Of a DNA stretch of 64,000 nt, positions 26,106-39,599 are shown piece by piece; positions within the stretch are counted from its first letter, which is position 1, and each line of letters begins with the position of its first letter. Source of the DNA: Takakia lepidozioides (taxonomy: Eukaryota > Plantae > Bryophyta); NCBI GenBank assembly GCA_030704615.1, contig CM060731.1, positions 27,528,001 through 27,592,000 on the forward strand, read 5' to 3'. A program made the position numbers and the translations under genes. The notes under the pieces are model-generated. The model did no database searches. It was given only the letters and a program-made list of their open reading frames with translations, and was not told where the DNA came from.

Positions 26106-27529
26106 GTTGGAGCCTCGACAGGAGAGATATCAAGGAAAAGGTCTCTGGTTCAAATCTGGTTGTAGGCTGTATTGGAAGGCATTAGATAAACTCTCATAGA
26201 GGTTATTTTCTCCTCTCACTACTATAATTAAGGGGCTTGATTTTGGAGCAGTTGCTTTGGGGTGTATTTCTCTTTATATTAATAAGTTTTTTTTTAAACC
26301 CAAATAGGACTTAGTTACAGTTTTTGATAAATACATTTTTTAAATTTATAATTATTTTATCAGTGAAATGCAGCTAAAACCTTGTCAACTTAATTTTTTC
26401 CATTTGTAAATTATCTTCTTGTTTTTGTTGATGTCGGAAAAGATGTCTTTATCTTCTAAGGTGGGTCCATTATCTAACTTATCCAAGAAAATCTGATGTG
26501 CATGACTAGTGCAATTGCTGAAATTATCTCGTTGGAGCACTTTTTTGTACATTTAATATATTGCATTAACCCTTAAGTTCCCAAGCGACCTGAATCGGGT
26601 CACTTTGAATTTGCAGTTCGACCTAATTTTTGCAGATCTAATCTGATGGGGCCCACTTCTGACGCTTTAATGACAAGGGATTTGTCTCGAGTATGATGCA
26701 AAAAATAAAATTTAAAAAAAAAACAAAAGTTACGACCTGCAAAAAAATATCTTAGATCTCTCATTTACGTTTTGGGGCCTGAAAAGGGCTTGTTGACCGC
26801 TGATGTGGCAGGTAAACAAGCCCAAAACAGATTGCACTCCAAAGGCCATTTTTGGCAGAAAATTAGCAATCTTGGAAAAAACACTTCACCTTGTGGTGTG
26901 TGAGCATTACATACACACATCCACCATTGGCTTTTAAAAAATTTGTAGAAAAAAAAATACTTCATTTGGAGGCACATTTTCTCTTGTCAATTTTGAGATT
27001 TCAACCCTTATGTAATTGCAACTATAGGTGAAAAAAACAGTTGGACCTGCAATTTAGTGGGGTCATAGCCACTCCACTATTGATTTGGAAATGGTGGGTC
27101 TTGGGGCAAGCAAAATTGGATAAAGCTAGGCTTTGATTTGGTCAAACAATTTCTTTCTCACTTTTTCTTTGGGACCTGATATTTGAGGTCCGGGCCAACG
27201 TTATAATCTCTCAATTTCCACGGTGGACTTGGCTCATTTTTTGGTATGTCATGCATAAATGAGTTGGGCCCACTGCTATAAGGCTGGAATCTCTGGATGA
27301 TTTTCGGTAGGTTTATAGGGGCAATTTATTGCAGCTGGGTACCCAAAATTGGTAAAAAGTCAAAAAAGGGCTTTCGGTAGAATTAAGAGGAATTTGATAT
27401 CCATGTAATCATTCTATCATACCTTATCCAACAAAAGAAAATATTAAAAGAGCATGAAACATTGAGAAGAGGTAACATGGTAACTAGTACAATAAGGTTT
27501 GGAGTGTAACTAGGGTAGTACACTAAAGT

Positions 27530-28290
27530 TATTAGTTTATGGTAAGATTAGTGGTTTAGGGGTGATGGTAAAGGTAGGTTTTCAGTTTAGGGTTTAAGAA
27601 CACTATTGGACAAACAAATATGGAACACAGTCGCTAGAACTTGGTGTGTGTTAGTAGGATAAATAAAAAATAAAAAATGGAGAAACAAATATTATGGAAG
27701 AGTCATTGGGCCGGAGAAGTATTTAGATTGAGGATTCGTCCTTGGAACCTGGTATTAAAATACATATGGTTATGGTATGGATACTTCATTCCCATTTGCA
27801 GGGGAAGGGTAAGGGTTTAGACGTAACAATGGCGTAGGGTTTTGTAATTTAGGGTTCCCGACGAGGGTTTAGGGTTTGGGTTGAAGGCAGAAATGGTGAG
27901 CATACATGCCGGAAGACTCGGCACTCACTACAACTTAGTGTATGTTAGTAGGGTACAAAATGGAAATTTGGATACATTGAAGAGATTTGGATAACCAAAA
28001 TGGTTATGGTTATGGTATGGATAGTTGATTCCCATTTGCAAAAGGAAGGGAAAGGGTTCTGGGATATTGGATTAAGGGTAAATGTTTAGGGTTTTATAGT
28101 AAGGGTTTAGCGTAAGGGTTTAGGGTTTTTGTTTAAGTTACAAAATAGACAAACACTTATGGAAAACTCCAGACTTCGCTAGAACTTAGTGTTGTTAGTA
28201 AGGTACTAGTAAGCAAAAAAAAAATGAAGAACCTAATATTATGGACAAGTATTTAAATGAAAGACTCGTCGTTGGAACCTGGTATTAAGA
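27530..28290 (+). repeat. Subterminal degenerate duplications rich in TTTAGGG-like motifs
   Basis: Repeated blocks: atggttatggtatggata.tt.attcccatttgca (~27766, ~28006), ctcgtc.ttggaacctggtattaa (~27735, ~28265) and cgctagaactt.gtgt (~27632, ~28177), with scattered tttagggttt. Confidence 0.65.
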
Positions 28291-29041
28291 TGTAATATAG
28301 AAAACAAACTATAACATGCCTAAATGCATATCAATCCAAAACAAAGGAAAAAACTAGCGCAAAAGTGAAGGGAGAAGACATTTCAATAACCATAATGGTG
28401 AAAGGTAAGTCAATCCTAAATCCTAAATTGCCAAAAAAATAAAAATAAAAATACACACTATGAGATTTGGAAAGAAAATGGCATTATATAACGACTTTTG
28501 GGAAGCGCCTGGATCTCATGGGAGAAAATGGATCTGAAGAAAACATGAGAAAGTATAAAAAGTCAGACCACCAAATAAAAACTAAGAGAAATGAAAATTG
28601 CTTAAAATTTGAACAACGGAAAATGACATGTGAAATTCCCTCTTAAACCAGGGCTAAAGATGAGAAGTATGAAAATGAAATGAAATGAAAATTTGGTGCA
28701 GAAAAGTCGTAGAGCTTAGAGGGAAAATGGAGGAAAACCTCAGAGAAAAAACTTTAGGACTGACAAATTGAAAAGTATATCAACAACGATTGAGTAAGGC
28801 TCCTCCTAGTGGGAGACTTTAGTGGGAGAATTGATTATGCAAAAAGCAAGTCCAATGTTTCAGAGAAAGACTGAAAATGGACTATTTTTTTTCGTTGTTA
28901 AAAACCTCTTTGACCGAATTTGAAGACTTCAGTGGTCGTGCCCGCCATTTTTGTTCTTGTGATCTATATGTTATGTAGGCCAACATAAGAAGATAACAAA
29001 AAGGATCCCCCAACGCATATAGAGAAGAAAAAAAATATTTC

Positions 29042-32000
29042 TTAAATCGAAGTACTGGAGTTGACCTCAACAATATGTCCTTGGTCTGGAACTCGCTCGC
29101 ACGACTCGCTTTCTAACTGACGATTAGCCTCCTCCAAATTAGCGCGCGCCTTCAATGCTTTGGCGGCAGTAATTCTCTTAGTGCTATTCCTTGTCGTATT
29201 TTTTCGTGGAGGCATTGTCCACACAACTTGTTCACGTGGATCCATTGAGGAGGATCTGACGAGTTATACTCCCAAAGTTTTGACCAACAGTCCCTATACC
29301 TTTCCAAGTCTGTTGGGTTACCACATTTTCTCGGTCTCCACCACTCCACCTTCACCTTCTTAAAATTAGGATCCTTCCTTTCGCGGATCACGTCAGATAT
29401 TGCCACCCCCATCCAGACCGGGCACGTACTTGGGTCAAGAGGGCGAACGAGCACAAAAAACCTTTTCTCAATATCCTTGAACGGATTCAAGGATATTCTT
29501 GGTCGCTCACACCTCGGGCCATAGTAAGGTTCTAGGATTTCATCATCTTCTTCCACATCTGGCACTATATGTGGATGGATTCCATCTCTGAGATGATTCT
29601 TGGACCAATTTGTTTTCGGCCATAATCCCTCAAAAAGATATATATACGCTCGGGAGCTTCTGGAGTTGGCTTATCCAGCTCGGCGAGAATGTTTCCCCAG
29701 TACTGGCCGTATTGTTCCATTCGATCTCTGTAATGATCGTCAAGCATCATTCATTTCGTCCAAAAATCCTTGTATTTTTTTATTCCATTTTTAATGAATG
29801 ACTGTTTTTCGGAGGAGTCGTCCCCGACTCCCCAGATAGGTCTCCTTGGAACGGCGTCTGGGTCTCATTTAGGGAGCTTGGGAGTCCCGTCAGGATTGGA
29901 CTTCCACATCTTCACGCTATTGTTTGTTGGAAGCCAATCCGAATCAATAGCGGACTTCTTGTACTTCATGACGGGCCAGCCTCCGCATCCTTAAAAAAGC
30001 GGAAGACGTGCATCTCCGAAATCCCGACCAACGCCTCCTTTCCATCTAGAATAAAGCCCTTTACAAAATTCTTGAAGTCGGGAACCTCCTGAATAATCTG
30101 TGGAATGAACTGCAGATCTTGCGAGGTCATAAATGATCTCATCAAATCCAAAAGAATGTAGGTGCTTCGTTCCTTCAACTTCTTCGAAAGGTAGTTGAAG
30201 AACCCGTCGATGTCCTCATGGGTGTGTCCGACCATTAGGAACCCTAGCTGGATCTCTTCAAAACTATCTTTAGCGGTCAGGAGGGATAGAAAAGCAAGCA
30301 TCAATCTGTTCTTATTGTCCTTCGCGGAGTTATCCATTTGCAAGTACAGTCTTCTCGGAAGTGGACGCACACCATGTTTGTCTTCCGGCCTGCAGGGTTT
30401 AAGAGCATCCAAACATCTCGATTTACCTCTTAAAATTGATTCAAAAAACTCGTTTTGAAGTCGGTAATTGAAAATGTTCCTAGGCTCGCGACAGGTTGGC
30501 TTCTCCAGTGGGCGCAGGCAACGTGCCAAAGAACCAATTGTAAAGTTTGAATTTCCCTTCCAGAACTCAAGAGAATACTGACCGTAAGCTCCATCACCGT
30601 GTCCGTGCGTGACCATTCCTGTTAGTGAAACTGGAAGCTGACCCAATCCAGAATTCATCTTGTTTGGAGTCTGGAGCCTTGGAACAGCTATTTTCCTATG
30701 ATCCATTTTGTCGTGAATAATACAGAGTAACTCCTCCGGAATCATAACAGACTCATTCCTCCAGCTATGGTACAGTCTTCTGCACGACTCTTGGTGCCTC
30801 AAATGTTTATCAAGCGCTCGTTTGTGTGTCACATGTTCCACAACTCTTGACAGACTTTTTGATCAGGTCCTTGAACATCTCACACTCCGTGCACTTCGCA
30901 AATGTGCTCCCAGTTTTACGAACCTCCACGTTAGGAAATATCCGACTCCGGATGCGACTAACAGCCGACTGCGAGACTTTTTCCAACCCGAAAAGTTTGT
31001 TCGTCTGATACAATAAGGAATGGTCAGGAAAGGAACAGTGGAGGTTCATGAAACTAGAACCACAGTCGAAAGAGACAAAATTGAAGGGAGGATCATCCAC
31101 ATTGAATCAGAAAAAACTTCCAAGAAATAAATTAAAGAATGGAGATTTCATACCTCGTTGGACTCGTCTCGTATTCGCTTCCAGTTCATTTCAGGTGGTA
31201 AGACTCTCAAAGTATCCCTCCTTCCCTCCGCAATGCATCTTGTCTTATGGGGCATGAGGTCAGTATTTCCGTTGATAATGGACATAATGTTACCCTCTGC
31301 CTGAAGCGTCTGTGGGCGTGGCCTCTTCACTCCACGGTTCCCCTAGAGACTTGACAACCAACCGTATTTACTCAACTTTTTGTACTCCATGTATGTGGAC
31401 CTGCCAATTCCATGAATTGTCCACCACACAGTCTCACAAACATCTACATCCTCAATCGTAACGTATGCCCTGCGAGAGGTCCCTTCCAGCATGTGAAGTC
31501 GTTTTGAAACATTTAGTCCATGTTCTCTTCTCTCATCGAAAGTGGATCCCCAAAATGAAGTACGGATAGCCAAGGTTTTTTGTCAATCAAAATATTGACA
31601 GCAGTGAAGTCTGCAGCAAGGTTTGCTGCTCACGGACCGGACTTCCTCCAAGTAAGATTCTTCATTCTTTTTTTGGAGTGTTCCAAATCTCGATCCCTCT
31701 TCTTCCTCATAAAATATCGATACGCCGTTTTCTTCACACCTGCCTCGTGATCTTCGTACAAGATATTGTCAGAAGATCTAATAAAATTCTCCAGATCATT
31801 TAAGAGTAGTCTCCCACTTTCCAAAAGTCGTGTTTTTATTAAAGGCCATTTTACAAGAGACATCAAAGATCCAGATCCTCCATAAAGTATTCTGGTGACA
31901 AGAACTCCAACATCGTCCTCTCCCAGTTTGTCATTGAGGATCATCTTGTCCGGAATGCAGGCTTGAATCCTCCCCTCGAACAGTGCACCCCCATCATCAC

Positions 32001-32310
32001 CCAACAGTACACACTGCAAGTTTCTCCAGTTGTTTCTTCCGAGTCCTCCGCTCGGATTCCCGGAACTCTTCGATGATCTGTGGTTTGATTCATCCTTGTC
32101 GACGTCAGAATTTTCGGCAGTATACCTTGTCTCCGGCGTAAAATCAGGATTCATGTCAAGCCCTCCTTGATACTCGTTATTCTCCGCATGAACTTCGCCA
32201 ACATTCCACACCATCGGGGTCCCAATGGCCTCCTTCAAGGTGTCAGCATCCATATGTCCATAAGGAAGAGGACATAATAAGTGTGCTTCATCATAGGAGA
32301 TGAGAACCAC
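29042..32310 (-). pseudogene. Sola-like (DUF7869-type) DDD transposase, frameshifted, with one probable intron (~31153-31006)
   Basis: Motifs in order: CCRLHCC, VCETVWWTIHG, FAKCTECEMF...HLRHQESCR, IIHDKMD, LTGMVTHGHG, LPRRLYLQMDNSAKDNKN and LGFLMVGHTHEDIDGFF. I recognise the DNxxxxNKN and GHTHEDID pair as a Sola-like catalytic core. Confidence 0.75.
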
Positions 32311-35300
32311 TGAAATGGTTGAGGAAAATAATTGGTGTCTATGACAGGTCCCAACCCCGGAGACATTAAGGCAGTCCCCAGTTGCTACTGGAGATGAAGA
32401 CCCGGGACTCTAAGCTCATGATCACCGGAACCTCCAGTGCACACGCGAGGTTCAAGAAACTGAAAACCCCTCCGTGGCGACCTTACTCATAGTAATAAGC
32501 AGTATGAGTTAAGACTATATTCAGAGATGAATCAATACAATAAAAGGAAATACACTCGCGTATGAACGTTTCAGAGAAGTAGAATAGAAATGGAATTATT
32601 GTTTGGTCTAGAACATGTCATGTGAAGATTGAGTCTAATTATATAACCTCCACTGTACAGTGGAGGTGGTAGAGATACAGATGAAAAAAGTCGGACAGAT
32701 GAATACTTGTGGATGAATATGGTTACGTGGATTAATAATTGTCATGACGGATGAATGTGAGCATTGACGCGACTGTCCAGTGGAGGTCCACGACTTGAGG
32801 GATGACGAAATACAGAAATTGGAGAGATGGACAAATACAGTGAAAGGAGAGTATTGGACTATAATTTCTAAACATGCAGATGAGAAATAAATAGATTTTC
32901 TTGTAGACTATCGAAAACACTCAGATGTCATAACATTTTCTACAAGAGAAGAGATTATGGAAATTCAGAGAGGTACACCTGCGATGGCCACAGAGGTACA
33001 GGATGCTCAAAGAGGTGCACTATGGGCAGTGAGGTGGGAGATGACCAAAGAGGTGCGGGAAACACAATCTGCAAGTGAGAGGTATGGAGATAGAAGTTTG
33101 AACAGTTTGCACTCAGACCTTATATAGAGGTGGAAACCAGGTTGCCCGCTGGAACTCCTCCAATGGGATAGTACGATACATTGTCTCGCGGATCGATTTC
33201 CGGCACCGTTGATATCCGATATGGCCACAATCGAACGGTTCTGGATGGTGCAGGAGTGCACTCTTTGATCGATTTCGGAAATGAGTGTCATTTATTGGTA
33301 GAACCCTATGTAACAATTATGATGCCAGAACGATAACGGTGGTTCAATGGTTTCGTACTCGTGCTTATAAAGCAGTATGTATTTCGCATTCAATGTTGTC
33401 CAAGTGGAACAAGGCCTGACGCCATTGATAAGCGTTTCATGAAATCGTGCAGCTATGACATTCGGCCGAGAATGCGGCGGGCGTAAATGAGTGAGAGAGA
33501 AAATATTCCAAGCCTTAATCCGCCGAATGTAGACATGGTCAGGAGCAATAATTCCAAGCGGCAAAACGCGGCAGAAGGATCTAACTTGTACATTTCATTT
33601 ATCGTCATGTGTGGGGTGTGGGAAATATCCCGCGGGGTTATAATTGATGATCATGTGCAAGGGATCATTAACGTCATATTTTCTCGAAAGGATGAATGGA
33701 AAAAATGAATTGGATGATATTTGCATGGATGTTGGATGGAACACGCGCGACCGTTCGATTTCGAAAGGACGCGATGGTTCATATCCTTTGCGACGGCACC
33801 ATATAAGGGGTGTGGTCGTTCAGCCCACCCTTTTGGCACTCCATTGTGTACGCGGAAGCGCTGCGGAAGTGCTAAGACATACTAGCGCTAGAAAAGAGAG
33901 AGTTTTGAAGAGGGGAGAGCGTGAAGAGCAGAGAGCGTGTTGTGCAGGGTGCCGTGAGAGTAGAGAGAAGAGAGCGTGCAGTTCAGTGCAGCGTGAGAGT
34001 GCAGTGGAGGAAAGCAAGCAGACTGCGGATTCAAGTGCAGACAGGAGACGGGAGGGAAGCAGAGCGTAAGGGAGAGCGGAGCGGAGCGGTGAAAGCTTAA
34101 GGGTCAGGCGTTTCAGGTCAGCAATATGGGCACCAAAATGGCTCAGGCATCCAGCTCAGGTAATGTTCTTGTTTACAGTTTCAATCTGGTTTGATGTCAT
34201 TCTCTCTAGCTCACTCTGGCTTGTTTTGATATGTTGGTTTCTTGTTGTTATGTTGTTTCAGTTTGTTTTGTTTGTTGATTTGCTTTTCTTTTTGTTTTGC
34301 TGTTGCTTTTGTTGGTCAGCATCGCCCACGTCGCTGTTGATTTGCTTCTGTTTCCTCACTCGCTTTCGTTCCAGAGGTTATAGAGCACCATTTGTTTCTT
34401 GCATGTACGTTTCGTGAGTGTGCTATCTTGTCTGATGCGGAGCATCTCATTTCAATTCATTGGTTCCAAAGCTGTTTCAATTAGTTTGAATTGATTAAAG
34501 CTGTTTAGGTGTTTCAATGCATTGCTGCTTCTCTGCTAGTGGTTTGTATGGTGGTTTATAAGGGTGGTTGGTATGGGTGGTTTGTGGTCCTGGTTTACTA
34601 GTGCTGCCGGATTATTAGGGTTATGGATTAGGGTTATGGCGGGTTAGGATCATGGTTTTTTGCGATTGGTTTTTCGAATTTCCGATATTTGAAAACGGGT
34701 TTTTCTTCGGGCCTAGGCTACTCTAGTAGACTAGTCTCCGTAGACCACTAGACCTCTAGAAGACCTCCATAAACTCCGGCAGGACAAACCACACAAACCT
34801 CACCTGCCCAGTGGAGGTTCCTGCGTGTTAGTATGCCAAGGCACAACATAAGGATGTTTTGAGATAGACTTATGTCGGTGCCTCCCCTGCGTTGATTTTT
34901 TGTTCTGCCAGTATAAAAAGAAGGTGCGTAGGAGTGCACACGGTGGCCAAAGATGGTTCTAAGACCGTCGTTGACATCTGTAAGAGGCCAAGGAGACAGA
35001 ATCCAGTAAACATCAACGAAGCAGAAATCCAAGACGCATCACCAGTCACTACAACAGATCACGGTATATCTGACTACCGAGCCGTGGTAAGTCATGGTTT
35101 TTCTGACTTTGACCATGACTTCCCTGTATTTTTTTACCAAATGGGGCTTCACGTAGTCGTTGAAATGACTACGTGACTACATAGTCCTCTGGGCGACTAC
35201 TTTGGTAGACGTCGTCATGACTGCATGGCTCCGCACTAGAGGGATGGTTGGTCAATGATGGTTGACCAGCACGAGCTCACCACCGAATAGTCACCGGAAT

Positions 35301-35552
35301 GACTTCTAGTGCAAGCCTGGTAGCCAAAAGGTTTAAAAAATTAAAAAAATTGCTTATAGGGTTGCGCATGAGAGGGTTGGGACTTAGTTTTCTTTTTCTT
35401 TTTCTCCTGCGCGGTTTCTTAGTATCGAGCTGTTGAGTTGGGTCATGGAATGCGATGATGGCTAGATAGGGGCGTGGGATGGAGGCTTTGCAGACCTATT
35501 CTTGAGCTACTGATGCAGGAAGGGGCGAAGCGCAACCTGCACCGCAACCGCA

Positions 35553-36445
35553 ATGTGCTCTTGGCTCCTGTTAATACCATGATTTGGTATTCTTCCCGAT
35601 GTTTATAAGGTTATTGGGAGAGACAGCTTGGTCTTAGCAGTTGTTTCAATCGACGCCCGCTCAGCTGCACCGTGGTGGTTCTCACAGACCAATACGACAT
35701 TACCTAACTATAGACACAAGCAACACACACAAGAGGTCATATTGTGTTCATGGTCAGTCAAATCCTCCATGGGTCATGACACAAGGTCGAGGACAATGTG
35801 GTGAGGGCACCTTCTTCTTCGACCTATTTCAGCCTGTTTTGACCTTTCATCAGACTCGGATTTCTTCACGATGCAACCGCAATCACAAGGTCTGGTTTTT
35901 TCTTAATGTACCATGTAAAGTTCTAAGTTAGTCCATCATGCAAATGTGGGCTCTTGGCTCCTGTTATGATTTGGTATTCTTCCTAATGTTTACAAGGTTC
36001 TTGGGAGAGTCAGCTTGGTCTTAGCAGGCCGCGTTTCAATCTCTGCCAGTTCAGCTGTGGAAATCGCAACAGCAGCACAATTGATAAAATCAGGCACTGC
36101 TACTCAAGGCACCTTCTTCAACACATTTCACCCTGTTTTCTCCTCTTATCAGAATCAGCCCTAAATTGGTGAGGGCACCTTTTCTTCAACCTATTTTAGT
36201 CTGTTTTTCCCTCTCATCATTAGGGTTGGGGTGTTTGCTGGAAGAGGGCCGGATTTCAAGCACAAGATTATCTATGATTCCCTGTGGATCCATTGCTACA
36301 GGAAACCTGCATGGGTAGATGGTGAACTGGAAGCCGCAGCAGCAGCGGCACAATTGATAAATTAGGCACTGCTAATGAAGGCAACCTTCTTCAACACATT
36401 TCACCCTATTTTCCCCTCTTATCAAAATCGGCCCTAAATTTTCAG
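35553..36445 (+). repeat. Mosaic of local duplications upstream of the PPR pseudogene
   Basis: 35553-35670 resembles 35941-36055, 35798-35850 resembles 36166-36215, and 36068-36165 resembles 36340-36440. The block gaagagggccggatttcaagc recurs at 36241, 38291 and ~50014. Confidence 0.7.
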
Positions 36446-36489
36446 GTTGAATTTCTGTAAGTTACTGGTTGAATGAACCTTTGATAGTT

Positions 36490-38030
36490 TGCAGTGTGTG
36501 TGCAAGCGTGGCAGCTCTAGAGAAGGGCAAAGAGGTCCATGGCGACATTGTCAGAGCTGCAATTGTACCACATGTCATTCTGAACCATACCCTCGTGGAC
36601 ATGTATAAAGGGAGTGTTTGATAGTATGGCTGAACAAGATGTGGGTGTCGTGGAGTGCGATGATTGCAGGATATGCACAGCTATGGCGTGGGATGTAGGC
36701 TTTTGAGAACTATGACCAAATGATGTGTGAAGGGGAGAAGCCCAACCACATCACATTTGTTTGTGTTTGCAATGTGTGTGCAAGCCTGGGAGCTCTGGGA
36801 AAGGGGAAAGAGGTCCATGGTGTCATCGTCAAAGCTGGAATTGTACCAGATGTCATCATGAACACTGCCCTGGTGGACATGTTTGTCAAATGTGGGTGCA
36901 TTCAGGATGCGAAGGGAGTTTTCCATACTCTGGCTGAACAAGATGTGGTGTCATGGAACGCCATGCTTGCAGGGTATGCACAGCATGGGCACGGGATGGA
37001 GGCTTTGGAGACCTATGAGCAAATGATTGGGGAGGGTGAAGCCCGACCACATCAGGTTTGTGTTAAAACCAATGAGGCATTTCAGCAGATTGAGGTACGT
37101 ATGTCTATCCCTTGCTTAAGTGCAACAAGATGGAAGGTCTGGACGCTGGAAAGCAGGTGCACACTTACATTATCCAAAGTAGATGCACGCCAAATGTTTT
37201 TCTACTCAACACCATTGTCTCCATGTATGTTAAGGGCGGGAGCATCATGGATGCTCACCAAGTGTTCAACAGAATGCCTCAACGATCTTTGATCACGTAG
37301 AATATAATGTTGGCAGGAGTTACCAAGCATGGGTGTGGTAGGAATGCTTTGGAGACCTATGAGCAACTGTTGTGCGAAGGGGTGAAGCCGAACCACATCA
37401 CGTTTGTTTGTGTTTGCAATGCGTGTGCAAGCTTGGGAGCTCTGGAAAAGGGGAAAGAGGTCCATGGTGACATCATCAAAGCTGGATTTGTACCAGATGT
37501 CATTCTGAATACTGCCCTGGTGGACATGTATGCCAAATGTGGGTGCAGCAAGCCTGATGTGAAGGGAGAGTTCGACAATATGGCTGAACGAGATGTGGTG
37601 TTTTGGAGTACCATGATTGCAAGGTATGTGCAACATGGATATGGGATTAAGGCTTTGGAAACCTAAGAGCAAATGATGTGGGAAGGGATGAAGCCAGACC
37701 AGGTCATGCTCATTTGTGTTTATAATATGCATATGCGAGCTTAGCAGCCCTAGGAATGGTCAAAGGGGTTCATGGTGACATTATCAAAGCTGGAATTGTA
37801 CCAGATGTCATTCTGAACATTCCCCTGGTGTACATCTATGATCACCAAGTGTTCAACAGAATCCCTCAACGATCAGCTTTGATCACGTGGAATATAATGT
37901 TGGCAGGATTTACCAAGCATGGGTTGGTAGGAATGTTTTGGAGACCTATGAGCAAATGTTGCGCGAAGGGTTGAAGCCCAACCGCATCACATTTGTTTGT
38001 GTTTGCAATGCGTGTGCAAGCCTGGAAGCG
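36490..38030 (+). pseudogene. PLS-class pentatricopeptide repeat pseudogene
   Basis: Repeating P-L-S triplets (DVVSWNAMLAGYAQHGHGMEALETYEQM / KPNHITFVCVCNACASLGALEKGKEVH / PDVILNTALVDMYAKCG) are broken by stops and frameshifts. No E/DYW domain is seen. Confidence 0.88.
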
Positions 38031-38397
38031 TTCTATTGTAGTGAATATTTTTCTGACCCCAGTCAACGGTGGGACAATCAAGGCAAAAAGGTGAATGCCT
38101 GTTGGATTACAGAGAGTAGAAGATGCAATTGAGCATAGGAACTAGTGTGATAAGTTGAGTTGGGTGTTTCCTAGAACAATTCGAGGCTTTCATTGTCAGC
38201 TGCTAGCAACAAGGCAAGGGTGAATGCATGATTTTGGCAGAGGCATGGATAGCTGAAGGAGCAGGGATAGAGTGTGGGTCCAGATTCATCGAAGAGGGCC
38301 GGACTTCAAGCTCCTATGATTCCCTGTGGATCAATAGCCACTAGCAACCTGCATGAATAGATGGTCAACTGGAAGCTGCAGCAGTAGCGGTGGAATT

Positions 38398-38916
38398 GAT
38401 AGTCATATGTACAGTCATATATACGGCGATCTGTTGTTGTGGGTTTTATCGAGAACAAAAACCTTCAAGAAGAGATCTGAGAATCAAATATCAGATGTGG
38501 GCTCTGACGTGCAAACCTTCATAAATCCGGGCACTGACGAATCAATGTTCGAGGGAGTTATTTGACGGGAGACAACGGAGGAAACAAAGGAAGAGAAAGA
38601 TGAAAATGATGAGTGCAATCTTCAGTCTGATTCAGATAATGACATTTCTGTAGGAGATAGTAAAAAGTCCCCGGGATCCGTCCTTCTGTCCTCTCCCGGA
38701 TACAGTCCTGACTCTCCTCAATATCCAGTATCTATCCTTGCAATTTCTCCAGAATATGTCGCCGCTGATTCTCCTCAGTACGTCCCTAGAGATTCTCCAG
38801 AATACATCTCTGGAGATTCTCCGACATATACCCCTAGGGAGTACTCCCCTGAAACCCTCAGGATGATTCAAGAGAGCTCCTGTAGTTATTGTAGATATAA
38901 GAAAATGAAAAGATGA
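38398..38916 (+). pseudogene. Acidic reading frame with RNA polymerase II CTD-like SP/Y repeats; probable transposon cargo
   Basis: The frame continuing ORF 38353-38565 past one TGA reads ...EEKDENDE...KSPGSVLLSSPGYSPDSPQYPVSILAISPEYVAADSPQYVPRDSPEYISGDSPTYTPREYSPE..., with a stop at 38914-38916. The underlying DNA has a 24-bp repeat (gattctcc..aatac). Confidence 0.5.
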
Positions 38917-39599
38917 ACCTCATCTTACAAAAGTATATCGAGTTCTTGTAGATATTAGATATTCGTTATTCGAATAATTTTGAGACCGCATGATGTATGG
39001 AATGGCGAGACGAGCCTTCTCTGAATAAATGTTTTTTCTTCTTATGAGTGAAATCTTTTTCTCCTCCTGAATTGAATTCTTTTATCTGTCAGCTATGAGC
39101 GTGTGAAGTGGTGAACCTCCACTGGACAGTGGAGGTTACTGTCCTAGGAGTTTTGTATGGTTGTTATGATATGTGTCTGACGACAGAGGTGGTTTGTTCT
39201 GTGGACAGCAACATCACCCCCAGGGATTGTATTGTTGGAATGTGCAAACCTATCTGTGGTTCATTTATTTCTCGAAAATCTCCGAATTTCAAGAATGATC
39301 GCCTGGCAATTTTTGAGCTCAACCCGGAGATCACAGAATGGGGCATTGTACCCGTTGGAACACCTCCGGACCATAAATTCCGGTTCCACTACAAGATTGG
39401 TACAGAGATCGCCGAGCTCAAGTATGCATATGTGGTCGACGTAGAGCTGGAGATGGAGGTGGAATTTCCGATGCTAGTAATGTTCATGATGGAAGATGGT
39501 AGATTTCCCAGAACGTTTGGCTTCAAACTGGAGGTACGAATTCTAAGGAAGGCCATGATGAGAGAGTCCATTCGGGCGGGGTTCACATATTGCAACGAG

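Larger units (their letters stand above)
26570..35332 (-). mobile_element. Large (~8.8 kb) Sola-like DNA transposon; boundaries tentative
   Basis: It contains the transposase pseudogene at 29042-32310, subterminal repeat blocks at 27.5-28.3 kb and palindromic motifs at 32.4-34.8 kb. Candidate ends are TTAA|CCCTTAAG (26566-26577) and CCAAAAGGT|TTAA (35324-35336), but they match each other only weakly. Confidence 0.55.

Noticed and set aside
27530-28140. Interstitial telomere array
   Set aside because: The motifs are scattered and degenerate, not tandem TTTAGGG.
38690-38850. Fragment of the real RPB1 gene
   Set aside because: There is only one heptad-like unit, the spacing is mostly octads and no polymerase sequence is nearby.
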